This document shows positions 1-13,089 of a DNA stretch of 64,000 nucleotides, in pieces. The notes under the pieces are model-generated. The model was not told the DNA's origin and ran no database searches. It saw only the letters and a list, made by a program, of their open reading frames with translations. Position 1 is the stretch's first letter; each line of letters opens with the position of its first letter. The DNA comes from Octopus vulgaris (Eukaryota). The stretch spans positions 148,366,001-148,430,000 of the forward strand of contig OX597815.1 in assembly GCA_951406725.2 (NCBI GenBank), written 5' to 3'. Both the position numbers and the translations under genes were made by a program.

Positions 1-733
1 GTGTCATGCACTTCACCACTGCAAGGTCGAAGTATATGATATCGACAAATAATGCTAATTCCAAACCCTATAGTGTATGTAGTTCTTTGTTGATTAGAAG
101 CAATATCCAATCATTTATTGAACAATATAAGCTGTAATGAGCAACATGGGATTTCTGGAAATGTCACGTTGCTGCAATTTATATTTATTTAAGTTTTGTT
201 AATGTATTCACGGACAACTATTATATTACGAATAGGAGAACGCTCGATTGCAAAGTTCATTATTAGATGTAACTTCATAACTAAATGTGTTTCAATCGCC
301 GACGTTTATGTGGTTCACTAGGATATGATGTGTAATACGCCTAATCAAGACTCATGGTTTTTCAGTCAGTTCCTATTATCTTAATACTGGTAAACTAAGA
401 TTCAGGAACATATGCCTGAAATTTCATGAAATATTTCTTGTGAGAGAGAAACTACATTCTCTGTATCACGATTGCAACCATAGTGTCTTTTACGGAGAAT
501 AGTTGGATATGCATGTGAGCAGAAAGTATCCATCACAAAAAGGCTAAAGTCGCTGCACTTAAAACTGCGTTCAAACAATATTCTCTGTGTAACATGGAGT
601 GCTGGAAGACTTAGGATGATGTATGACAGTGGGCAGGGTCTGTAACATGATTTCGATGGATTGATATTTTGATTCTTGAGTACTTTATATTTTTCATTAA
701 TTCATCGCTATTTACGGTTTCCGAATATTGCAA

Positions 734-799
<66 letters not shown>

Positions 800-851
800 A
801 AGGACATTGAATTGATATTTTATTATATTCCTAATCCAGAAACACATTCGT

Positions 852-897
<46 letters not shown>

Positions 898-2651
898 AAA
901 TAATATTGATAAAATATTTAAATCAACAGATTTACATTATTAAATTCATGCCAAATGTTTGCTTATAGTTTTAATTGAATACAACTCTTATGATTTCACC
1001 AAAAGTAGCCAAACAAAAATAAGTAAAGCAACGAGTAGAGAGAATATGTAAATAGAAACGGATATAACGAAAGTTGGCCGACGCTGTTTCTTTTTGTGCT
1101 TTTGTGAGCACAAAGAAATTACATCCTTTTACATTGGACATTCATTGTTTCATTGTCAGCATATCTAACAAATTATTTCCGCTTTCTATTTGTATCACAG
1201 TTTGTTCTTGAATTTACTGAATGAAAATATTTGAACATTTAAGGAATTTTTATTTAAATAATATTCTATGCATAGAAAATATTGTAGTAATTAAAAACTT
1301 AAGCTGAAATATGACTACAGTAATTGATTTCTATTTCTAAATGTTCTAACTGAAATAATATGAAAACAGCAACAACAACAAAAAAAAACATGAAAACGAT
1401 GAATAAGAATAAAAGTAACAACAGGAAGGAAATCTGAAATGCAAAACGTATGAATGAGAGGTTTCAATAACGCTATTCAATTGGCTGCCATACATAACTT
1501 GTTTGTTCTTTATTCAGCAGTGAAACATAACAGAATTTGTGCAATTATGTGTCCTCCGATTTTGTTTCGAAAATAAAATAAAGTTGGTAATATGGAAGTT
1601 CTCTTTGGGTTATAGTAATCAAAATACCAAAGATTAATTACAAAACACATACATTATTATATTACTTTAAAATATTATACAACATTTTGAATGATTAATT
1701 TTTTACCTTCATTCATTCTACAAGAATTTCAAAGGTTATTCAATATCGAATATTCACTTCGATTTACCACCTTTTCTCTACCGCTACCTGAATCGCCCAC
1801 TTCTTTGTTTTCAACAATTAAATGTTTTACTGAAGACAATTTTCATAATATATTTCCACCAATCAGTCAAGATGTTTTCATAGAAAACAACTAAACGATG
1901 TCGGCTCATGTAACGTATATTTTATCCGAGATCACGTTGCGAATTTTTTTTCTATGAAATTGGAGGGGTTGTTTATGTATTTGATTGTGTTGTTATCTAC
2001 GATGATCGCAACTTTCAAATTTACTGAAAATATTAGTTTTTCCTGGAAACTTCGTCTGCTATCTTTCTTTGAAATTCAGATTATCATCTAGAATTTGATG
2101 TTAGGAATATTGTAAAAATGAAGTTGAATAAAGAAAAAAAAGATAACTATTTAAAACTTGCGAAAGTGTGGAAATACTTGATTAGCTATGACAAGTAATT
2201 TTAATATTTTTAATGAGTAAGAAGAAGAAAAAAATATTTTAAATATTGATAACCTATGTACTTTCTTAAATGACATTTTAGTTAAAATTCTAACTTCTAA
2301 TCTCGACATGAAATGATCAAGAAGTGATTATCTCCTTTACAGAGTATCTAACATGTTCGAAACTTTTTTAGAGCCGGCAAATAAACGACCAAATGTCAAT
2401 ATCACAATATATCGCCCTGTCCAGGGAGCTAAATCAGAAACCTGTGATCATGACTACAACAGCCTCACCCCTGAGATTTATGCCACCACGGATGGAAATG
2501 GTAGATGGACGATGAAATGAATATATTCATAAAGTTAGACGTAAAAATTGGTGACCATAGACACGAAAAGAAACTTCCTATTTCCTATTCTTAATTCGAC
2601 TTCAATTATTTCCTAGCACGCATACATACACAAACACATACAAAGACATGC

Positions 2652-2758
<107 letters not shown>

Positions 2759-4053
2759 GTGTGTGTGTGTATGTATATGTATGTATGTATGCATGTATTA
2801 ATCAATGAAACTCCAGCTTAGTCTGATTTTCACGTTTTATTATTTGCTATTTGTACAATTTTCCAATATGGAAATAAACAAGCACTTTCATACGTTACGC
2901 GATCATGCGATTATACATACGTACACACACACACACACACACACATACGCACACACATATATATATACACACATTTACAGAATGAGATCAAAATCCAAGA
3001 CTGTGAACGATATCAGAACGTTTACAAATATTTTTTTACAGCTGTTTCCAGAATAGTTTATGTCTCGTCATCGGAGGCGGTGTGCGAAAATGGTTAAGCA
3101 ATAGTTTTTCTAGATAGGATATGAAGTAGAGAGTGAAGTGGAGGAATGAAAATAGACGTGAGATATGCATGGATATTTTCTCTGTAGTTCCATTATTTAA
3201 GCAGAATGGTAATATATATATAAGATTCCTGTATATTGTGAGTTAATTCCAATAATATTTAGATTTGGTCATTCCAAGCATAGAATTTGTAAACGGTGGT
3301 ATTGAATCGAGAGTTTTTTATAAGTGAGTTTAAAGTTGGGAATGTGTTTGTAATGTCAAATCAAAAACAGGAAGAGAAGAAAAAGAAAAGAAAAAAGAAA
3401 TATATACCTGCGTGTGCAGGGGTGATAATACGTACAGATACACGTGCATATGGGTGTACGTATGTACATATACATATGAGTACGTGCTGTATGTGTAGGA
3501 CTCGATGTCTATAAATATCTATATACATGTTTAATATATGCATGTCCATACACCATCACACATTTATATTCTTCTACTACTATACATTGACATGTCCTCT
3601 TACTAACATAACCTGTATTCCCAAATGCTTCATTCCACCATATTACTACACCTACCCCCTCTCTCTGCCCCTCACCGAGGCTTTATCACTACATACCTGA
3701 CACTCCTTTACTCTTTACCATCTCATCTCTTTACACTCATATATTTCTCTATCATCCTCAGCCCTTAAATTCTATCAATTTATCTTGACTGTCCACTAAC
3801 TAGTACAGTTTCCCTCTCATCATTTCTTCATTATCTCTCTTTTCGCTTTTCTATACCTTTTCCTATACCTTTTCTTCTTTCCTCTCTTCTTGTTTTTGAT
3901 TTGAACTTACAAATTCATACCCAAATTTTAAGTCACTTTAAAAACCCTCGTTTCGGTAAAACCGTTTATAAAATCTATACTTGGAATGAAGAAATCCAAA
4001 TACTATTAGAACTTGCTCTCAAGATAGAGGAATCTTATATACATATATACAAT

Positions 4054-4104
<51 letters not shown>

Positions 4105-4111
4105 TATGCAA

Positions 4112-4222
<111 letters not shown>

Positions 4223-4258
4223 ATCAAAATAAAATAAAAACATGATGCGAAGGATTCA

Positions 4259-4336
4259 GCGGTACATATGTTTCGGGCCTTTATTAGACAGATTTATAAC
4301 AATGCATAATGTATGTCTGTGGCCTTCTTCAGCCGC
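4259..4336 (-). ncRNA. Minimal type I hammerhead ribozyme in the PLE 3' pseudo-LTR
   Basis: Minus strand reads gcgg-CTGAAGA-a-ggcc...ggcc-c-GAAA-CATATG-TA-ccgc: stem I gcgg/ccgc, CUGANGA and GAAA boxes, palindromic stem III, GUA cleavage triplet. Confidence 0.85.
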
Positions 4337-6183
4337 GCGCAACAGCTTCCGCAAGGACATGTGTTACATCAAAAATTCTTGGTTGGGGATGCAAATCCTC
4401 TCATTCACGTACGACATAATGCGGCAGCAGCATAGAATTGAAGCGTCCATCTCTTTCTTCTCTCAATGTAGAATGAGGAAAGTTGGATGTTGAGGTAATG
4501 TAAATAAATAAATACATATATAGATACATATATAGAGGTGAAGATGGAGGGGCGAGAGTTCGGGACGAGGGATAAAAAATGTATAAAAAGTGTAAGTATA
4601 GAATAATATAAAAATATAAAAATGTAGAGGATAAAGATATAAAGAGTTGTAAGGAGATGTAAAGGGGGTATAGAGAAATATAAAGAAATGTAAAGAAATG
4701 TAAAGGCATAAGGTTATAAAGTAAAAATAGAAATAGAAATAAAAGTAAAAAAATCTGATAAGACCATGATAAAAGTGTAAAAGAATGTAAAGATAAGGGG
4801 TGTATAGAGGTTACGGACCAAGCATGGTGGTCAGGAGATTGATAAAATTTAGTTGTAGAATTGTCAGTAAATCAACAGTAAATCAACAGTTTCGTCTGGG
4901 GACTTAATGCGTTGTAAATCAGAGCTGATGAGCATTTAATCTGGTTCCTTGAATTAAATGGACTTCTAGTACATACATATCATCATGGATACATACATCC
5001 ACATACACGCGTACATATACGCCTCCAAGCATATAAGCATGCACACGCACTCGCGCTTAAACACGTACATAAACACACACGCACCCACACGCACGCGCGC
5101 ACATACACATACATACACCAGAATATCCGCATATATACACGGACATTACGCGCGTACACGCTCACATGCATATACGCGCGCCCATCACTACATACACACA
5201 CGTATATGTCCACGCCTCTAGGTCCAGGTATAAGATATTAAAGGATGTGTATAAGAACGTAAGTAAAGAATCTCGTACTCATGTCAATACGCGCACGCAC
5301 ACACGGCTGTGTGTCCGTATGTGCGTGCACATATACACTCACATACACACACAGAGAGACACACGCGCACATGGGTATAGCTATAGGATATCGCAGTATG
5401 CATGTACACATATGCGCGTGCATATGTATGCATGCGTATGTACACGTACGCGGACGCTCGTATATTCAAAAGATGGATCCATAGGTAAGTAAATAAACAT
5501 ATATATAGGTGTAAAGCGATAAGTTAGGGGTAAGAATGAGGGTAAGGGTAAAGATTAGAAATAAAAAATACAGTATAAAATAAAGTATAAAATAAGAAAT
5601 ACAATGTAATAGTTAGAAATGAAGTATAAGAATTATAAAAATTATAAGAGTTAAGGTAAGGGATGAAAATGAAAATGAGAATAAATGGAAGCAGAATAAG
5701 AGTAAAAATAAAATTATAAATAAAAATAAATGGAAGTAGGATAAAAATAAAAATAAAAGTAAAAATAAAAATAAAAAAAATACAAATAAAATAAAATAAG
5801 ATAAAAATATAATTTTGTAAAGTTTAACATGAGATGGAGGTGGTTGAAAGTTAGAGGTGTGTGTTAAACGTAGGGGCGGGCGGGGGGAACTGAAAATTGG
5901 AAGGGTGGGAAGTGGAGTTTGGCGGTGTGCGTTCAACATCTGAGTTAGAAATGTGAAAGGGTATAGATATAGGGAATTAAAGAGACTACATAGGGAGGAT
6001 ATGGGTGTAGGAGAAGAAATATTTAGGGAAAAGAAGTCATATATGGGAGACAAAATTTGTATATATAGGGGAAAAATGCAGGGAACCGTATATGCACATA
6101 CACACACCCACACACACACACACACACGCAGATGTGTATATATATGTAAAAGTACATATACGTACACGTATGTGCACATACAT

Positions 6184-6221
<38 letters not shown>

Positions 6222-6304
6222 GCGCATATAGGAAAGCGGGATGTGCTGGAGCCGACAGGTTGCACCGGGTGGGAGGAAATTGCATGGGGGAGTTGGTATA
6301 AGAC

Positions 6305-8476
6305 CTAAGCATTGTAGTATTTGAAAGTATTAATAAGTTTATGTATACAGGATGGTTTGAACTCTGACCTTTTGTTAATAAGATTGTGTTTGTCTTTGAA
6401 TTTCAAGATGCTCAGGAGTTCTACGCAGCATAGTTGGCATCCTGCTCTATTATTTAAATAAGGTGCAGCTGATCCGATGATGGACCATCTGAGTTTGAAG
6501 CCTATGCATTTGTCTTTTAATTCCTAAATTCTTTTAGAGAGGGAGGTGCTGTTAGCCTTATGTCTGTGTCTCAGCGAGGACCGGTGGTTGTAGTATCTGG
6601 ATTTCCAGGAGGTTGAGCAACCAATATAGGTGAGTGTGTTAAACTGAGTACTCACCTCACATGAGTATATTACGTTTTTCGCCCTACATGCGCCCTGCAG
6701 CGGGCACTTTGATGCACATCTGCAGTTGCATTGCATTGTATTATTCGGTCGTGTGCTGCTAATCCCAGGCGGAGGTGTTGCAATACGAGTGGGGGCGTTG
6801 GTATCCTCCTGGTTGTTGATGGGTGTAGTATTTCCTCTGTTGTGTTGGCGGGTGTTATTAATAACTGTTTGGGTAGTATGGCTGTCAGTCTGGTTATATT
6901 GTCTACTGTCTAGATGAGGGGGATTCTGTTGGTCGCTATGGTTTGCTCTTGATCTAGCTGTTCTAATATTAATATAGTTATGTTTAGCTATGAGGCAGCT
7001 CATGTTGGGCAGGGTAGAGTAGGAAATCCTAATAGTTTTGTTGGAGAAGATACTTCTATACTTGTGGGTGGGTGGGAAGTTGTTGGAAATTATAGAGAAT
7101 ATTCTCTTACATAACTTACCCCTAACTGCTAAGTTAAAAGGTATGTTGAACCATATATATTTGCGTAATCTACTATTATCCCTTCTATTTCTCCTAATAG
7201 GATCTATATTGTTCTCGTCGGGAGGGTTACTATTGTGTGCTGTTCTATTAGTTCGCCTATTTCCTATACGTTGTTTGGAGTTTAAATTAGAATTATCGCT
7301 AGTGTGAGTTGAGTGCTGAGTTCGATTATAATTGGGAGTCTTATGGCCGACGGACGTTCCTGGGTGGTCTACATATGATATTCTCTGGTTATACCCGGCA
7401 CTATAGAGAGCCTGGTTGTAGTGTTGTGCATGATTATTGAAAATTTCTCTATTAGAGGATAGTTTTGTCAGTCTGTCTGAGATGGCTTGGACCGTGGTGC
7501 TAATTATACAGGGTGGATGGTTGGAAGAGGTATGGATGTATTTGGTAGTTTCTTCTGGTTTCCTATACGGGTAGTGAAGGTGCTTATTCAAATCTAACGT
7601 AACATCTAAGAAGTTTACTATTTTAGTGTTGGTCATGAATTCTAGTTTAAGATTGAAGGATTTGAAAAACAGCCTGATCTTTTTCCTAATTCTTTCTAGT
7701 TTACTCCTATTGTTGGTGGGGTATATGAAGAGAGCGTCGTCTCTGTATAGACCCCCCTGAAGATCCGGTACCTCGGAGAAAAGCTTCTTGAGCAGGTAGG
7801 CCCCGACCAAGTCAGTCACCTGAGCTGAATCGCTCGAGCCCATAGCCACATCGAAATTGTCGGGGGTATCGGATCTGGTCCAGAGTCTACCGTCGAATTC
7901 TATTATGGTTTTTCTAGCTAATAGAATTATGTCAATTTTTTCTCTGTCTATGAGTGAAAGGTTGCGGGCAAAACTAAGGGATTTGTTAAGTAAGATGGGG
8001 GATATACTGGCGTAGTAGCTAGCTATGTCGAATTGGATGAATGAGTAGTCGGGCCTATTGGTGATAGTGTTAAACCATTCTAGCACATCGTTGGTGTTAA
8101 TCCATAGTTGGAGTGGGATATGGGGTTTGATGTGTGGGATCACCTTGTCCAGGATGGTCTTGCTAAGTCTGCCGATATCCGATTTAGTCGGACAGATTAA
8201 TCGTACTCCTACACTATCTGGGAAGTCTTTCTTATGGTCTTTAATAGTAATTTTGGGTACTTGTGGTTTAATAGGTTCTGTTCTGTCCAGGAGGTCTAAT
8301 TTGCTCATAACTTCCTTGATTTTGTAGTTAATTTCCTTAAGGTTATCCTTAGAAGTAGTTTTATACTTTTTGCTAAGTTCCCTCATGATGAGCGATTTGT
8401 AGGTTTGGTAGTCTAGCCTATACCAGTTCCCAGTCTTGTCGGCGGGTATGATAAGACTGTCGTCGTTCCTAAGTGA
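6305..8476 (-). pseudogene. PLE reverse transcriptase - GIY-YIG endonuclease, one in-frame TAG at 6524-6526
   Basis: RT motifs PADKT, RLICP, QFDIASYYASI, VAMGS, GLYRDD, VNFLDVTLDL, PYRKP..YIHTSSNHPP. Linker CNCRCASKCPLQGAC. Endonuclease VIY...YIGC..WKSRYYNH. After the TAG the same frame continues ELKDK..W.II..A.PY...CQLC..E...LINKRSEF..CIHK to a stop at 6305-6307. Confidence 0.9.
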
Positions 8477-8573
8477 ATGTCGTGCGTGAATTATGTCGTG
8501 CGTGAATGAGAGGATTTGCATCTCCAACCAAGAATTTTTGATGTAACACATGTCCTTGCGGAAGCTGTTGTGC

Positions 8574-8651
8574 GCGGCTGAAGAAGGCCACAGACATACA
8601 TTATGCATTGTTATAAATCTGTCTAATAAAGGCCCTAAACATATGTACCGC
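8574..8651 (+). ncRNA. Mutated hammerhead copy in the inverted pseudo-LTR
   Basis: Same motif as 4259-4336, but GAAAC reads TAAAC (ggccctaaacatatgtaccgc). Confidence 0.75.
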
Positions 8652-8770
8652 TGAATCCTTCGCATCATGTTTTTATTTTATTTTGATCAATTTACTCCAC
8701 CACCTACACCACCAAACGGTATGCACAGGTGCTTATAATTATCAAGTACTCACCCCGAATTTCTATACTC

Positions 8771-8907
<137 letters not shown>

Positions 8908-8969
8908 ATATATATATATATATATATATTCTATATATGTATATATATTATATATGAAATATATGTATA

Positions 8970-9354
8970 GGCGCAGGAGTGGCTGTGTGGTAAGTAGCTT
9001 GCTAACCAACCACACGGTTGCGGGTTCAGTCCCACTGCGTGGCATCTTGGGCAAGTGTCTTCTGCTATAACCCTGGGCCGACCAATGCCTTGTGAGTGGA
9101 TTTGGTAGACGGAAACTGAAAGAAGCATGTCGTATATATGTATATATATGTATATATATGTATATGTGTGTGTGTTTGTGTGTCTGTGTTTGTCCCCCTA
9201 GCATTGCTTGACAACCGATGCTGGTGTGTTTAGGTCCCCGTCACTTAGCGGTTCGGCAAAAAGAGACCGATAGAATAAGTACTAAAAGGTTGTGCTCCAG
9301 CATGGCCGCAGTCAAATGACTGAAACAAGTAAAAGAGTAAAGAGTAAAAGAGTA
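8970..9354 (+). mobile_element. tRNA-derived SINE, family A
   Basis: A-box-like TGGCTGTGTGG and B-box-like GGTTCAGTCCC, internal (TA)/(TG) tract, 3' CATGGCCGCAGTCAAATGACTGAAAC followed by an AAAAGAGT-type tail. Several homologous copies in the window. Confidence 0.88.
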
Positions 9355-9482
9355 ATATATATATATATATATATATGAAATATATGTATATATGTATATA
9401 TATATATATGAAATATATGTATATATATATATATATATGATATATATCTTTATATATATATATATATATATTAAATATACGT

Positions 9483-9516
<34 letters not shown>

Positions 9517-9527
9517 GAAATATACGT

Positions 9528-9561
<34 letters not shown>

Positions 9562-9570
9562 GAAATATGA

Positions 9571-12500
9571 TGATTTTGATTTTGATTTTGATTTTTCCAG
9601 TTTCAGCTAATGAGCTGTGGCCATGCTGGGGCACCGCCATTTGGTTTCCTACACGGTTTTACCTCACGGATGCTTTTTAGCAAACGCCATCTGATGCATT
9701 AGAGAGTTCGATGCAGCTGCCCTCATCTGCACCTCCTGCCGTGAAGTTGGTTCATCCGGGACACCTGAGGGAAGAGATCCAGTCCTACTTTAAAGACATC
9801 CGCATCTACACCATGCAGGTCCCTCAGGTTCTTCGGGAGGATATTGAAGAGCCGTGTGCCTCTGAAGCCCAGGCTATCACAATATCTTGTCCTACATCTT
9901 GATGGCAAATTTGGTGTCCTTGGTACTACGCAGTGGCGTCCGGTTCTGGCATTTGTGTGACTCTCGATGCCAAAGTCTGGGACAAGACCTTCCAGGATCT
10001 TCCGGATATATATTATGGCATATCTTTCTCACCTACGCTCCAGGGAATAGAGCTTTAATCTCTTGAGTCTCTCCCAGTAGCTCGTATGCTGCACAGAGGC
10101 TATCTTCTTCGTGTAGCTTCGTTGGATCGCCTCAAGTTCTGTGATCAACTTGACACTGGATGGTGACCATAGCTGAGAGCAATAGTCAAAGTGGCTTAGG
10201 ACAAATGTCCTCCAGAGGACCATCATGGTTTCTTGTTCTCTTGTTCTAAAGGTTCTAAGAATCCAGCCAGCCAGCCGTCTACATTTCATTGTCAGTTTAG
10301 CAACATGTACATGAAAGGTCGCGTCGTCACTCATGTGAATACCCAGGTCACGCACTGATTGTGCCTCTGGGATTGCAATCCCTCCGGGTCCAGTGTATTC
10401 ATTGGGTATTGCATTCAGTTTTGCATGCTGATAGTATAAAGCTTGAAACTTTTCAGCATTGAACTGCATGCTATTCTTTTCAGCCCACTTGTATATTTCG
10501 TCCAGCTCACATTGCAGGTGCTTAGTGTCTTCAGGGTTCTGTATTGCCTGTGAAACTTTTGTATCATCTGCATAACTTGTGATCGTGGCTCTCCGCGTGG
10601 CTGAGGGCATGTCTGAGAGGGCCATTATGAACAGTAGTGGTCCCAAAACAGTGCCCTGTGGAACACCGCTCACTATTTGCGTGCTAATGGAAGTGGCCCC
10701 ATTGGCTGCTACCACCTGACTTCTATTCTTCAGAAAGTCATGAAGCCATTCTCCTAGTTTTCCAACTATGCCAAGATCACGCAGTTTGTGACATATCATT
10801 CCATGATCGACTTTATCGAAGGCCTTTGCGAAGTCGAGATATATGACTTCCACATTTGAGTGGTTGAGCAGTTGTTTCAGCACCCAGTCATAGTGCTGCA
10901 GGAGCTGAGTTAAGCAGCTTCTTCCTGGTTGGAAACCATGTTGGGTGTCAGGCAGCAAGTCATTTTCTTCAAGGAAGGTGATTAGTTTCCTTCTGACTAT
11001 TCGTTCCATGACCTTGCTGATGTGTGAGGTCAGAGAGATAGGTCTGTAGTTCTTGGCCTCCGCTCTGCTACCTCCTTTATGAATAGGGCATATTTTACCT
11101 TCCTTCAGTTTTCTTGGAAGTTTGCCAGCTGCAAGGAAGCTCTGAAAGAGGAACTGCAGTGGTCTTGCTAGGACTCTCTTACATACTTTTAGGAGGATTG
11201 CCGGGAATCCATCGGGGCCAATAGCTGAGTCTGTTTTCATTTCATCTATAGCCTTTATTACATCGTCTTCCTTTATATCGATGTAATTTATCGTCGCCGC
11301 CTCTGATTCTATATCTGCAGTGGTAAAGAAGTCAGTTGGATTGATGATTTGGAAATGCCCAAGGGGTGGAGTGAAAACACTCTTGAATTGTTCATTCAGT
11401 ATTTCACTTACCCTCATTGGTTTTCCTGTGTGTGTGCCATCCTTTTCAAGGAGTGGCCCTATCCTACAGTGCACCGTAGCTGTTTCTTTGGCATACCTGT
11501 AGAAAGCTCTGGGGTTAGTTTTTATGTTGTCTATAGCCCAGGCTTCTTTGTCTGCTCTTTCCTTCTCATGGGAGAGTTGCAGACAATTTTCAATTTCCAA
11601 CAGTTTTATTTTCAGGCGGGACTTTTCACTGCTTTCAATCTGTTTGTTTAGGCGATTCGAAATTTTTGTACGCCATCTCATTAAAATTTTCCTCTCTCTG
11701 GGGATTTGTTCTTGTGTACAGTGGCCTTTCTCTCTGGGACACATATGTAGCATATGGCTTGCATTACAGACATGAATTGTTGAAGTATCATGTCGATGTC
11801 CGGCGAGGAGAGACATTCAGGCCAGTTTTGTTTGAGGATCTCTTTCTCAATTTGTTTCCAGTTTGCCTTATTGAAGTTCAAGCTGGAAAGATTCTGAGGG
11901 TTTCTTGTAGGCTGCATGTCCGTGCTCTCTTTTGGCCCGTACATGGTCAGCTCTACCATGTTGTGATCCGAGAGTAGTGTCGGTGTCACTTTCACATTAT
12001 GGATGAGATCCATATTATTTGTGAAGCAGAGATCCAGTGTGTTACCTGCTCTGGTTGGTTGGAGTATTACTTGCTCCATGTACAGGGTGTTGATGAGGTT
12101 CAGGAGGGACCTCACCTGTCCTCGTTCACATCTTGTCATTCCTGGGAGAGAAAGGCCCTCGGGCCATCTGACATTGGGTAGATTGAAGTCTCCCATGAGA
12201 AGTACACTTATGTGTTGTTCTAATGGGATTAGAACTTCTTCTATTTTTAAAAGGCAGTCCTCAAACTTGCCCATATGACTTGGGGCATCTGGAGGGCGAT
12301 ATGTAGCACACACAACTACATCAAGTTGCCTTATGTGTACAATTAATGTGTCACACACCGAGTTTGAGTATGACAAAAGGACCTGGGGTGTGAGGTCCCC
12401 ACGGATGTACATAGCAACTCCTCCATGACTCCTTTCTTTTCTGTCGGTCCGTAGTACAACATACTGTGGTATGTGTAATTCCGCATCTGCTATGTCCGGT

Positions 12501-12615
12501 TTCAGATGCGTTTCCGTGAGTGCTATGCATAAGGCTTGATTGCATGCGACAAAGTCTCTCAGGAACGGGACTTTTGTCCTGTTACTGTGCGTTAGTAGTC
12601 CTCTGATGTTCAGTA
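9571..12615 (-). mobile_element. CR1-group LINE, near-complete APE-RT ORF (one frameshift ~11700, one stop at 10029)
   Basis: APE motifs LNIRGL, LTETHL, GGVAMYI, YRPP, GDFN, LDL, SDHN. RT motifs [48 protein letters not shown]. (AAAATC)n 3' tail at 9571-9595. Confidence 0.93.
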
Positions 12616-12733
12616 TATATATATATATATCGGGACTTTTGTCCTGTTACTGTGTGTTAGTAGTCCTCTGATGTTCAGTATATATATATATATATATATG
12701 TATGTTCAGTATATATATATATACTGATGTTCA

Positions 12734-12832
<99 letters not shown>

Positions 12833-13002
12833 ATATATATATGTATATATATATATATAATTTCAGCAAAACAATTAAGATTCAAATGAGTTCAAATGAA
12901 TATGGTACTTAACATAGATGCACCAGAATTCTTTATGGAATTAACCATAAAATTATGTGAGGTGATTATAACCAAGAAAAAACAACAAGAATAGATCAGT
13001 AG

Positions 13003-13089
13003 TTTAGTACTATTGTTTCATACTAAGAACATTTTATTTAAAGCTGCAAATATTACAGCAAATATAACGTCAAGTATTCATCAGCTAAA
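13003..13089 (-). ncRNA. Type I hammerhead ribozyme motif with long stem II insertion
   Basis: Minus strand: tttag-CTGATGA-atact...agtat-GAAAC-AATA-GTA-ctaaa. All core nucleotides canonical; 5-bp stems I and II. Confidence 0.8.

Noticed and set aside
1-660. Possible decayed LINE RT (HGISGN-like fragment)
   Set aside because: I could not recover further colinear motifs by eye.
4242-4493. 83-aa ORF nearly identical to the PLE ORF N-terminus
   Set aside because: It is the antisense reading of the pseudo-LTR/HHR repeat, not an independent gene.
6524-6526. In-frame stop in the PLE endonuclease as possible selenocysteine (as in some Naiad PLEs)
   Set aside because: The codon is TAG, not TGA, at a position where Trp is expected. 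The domain order is RT then EN, unlike Naiad. I recognised no SECIS.
8970-9045. tRNA genes at SINE heads (also ~36660-36729 and ~44440-44520)
   Set aside because: A/B boxes are present, but they run into SINE bodies and I cannot fold a complete cloverleaf.
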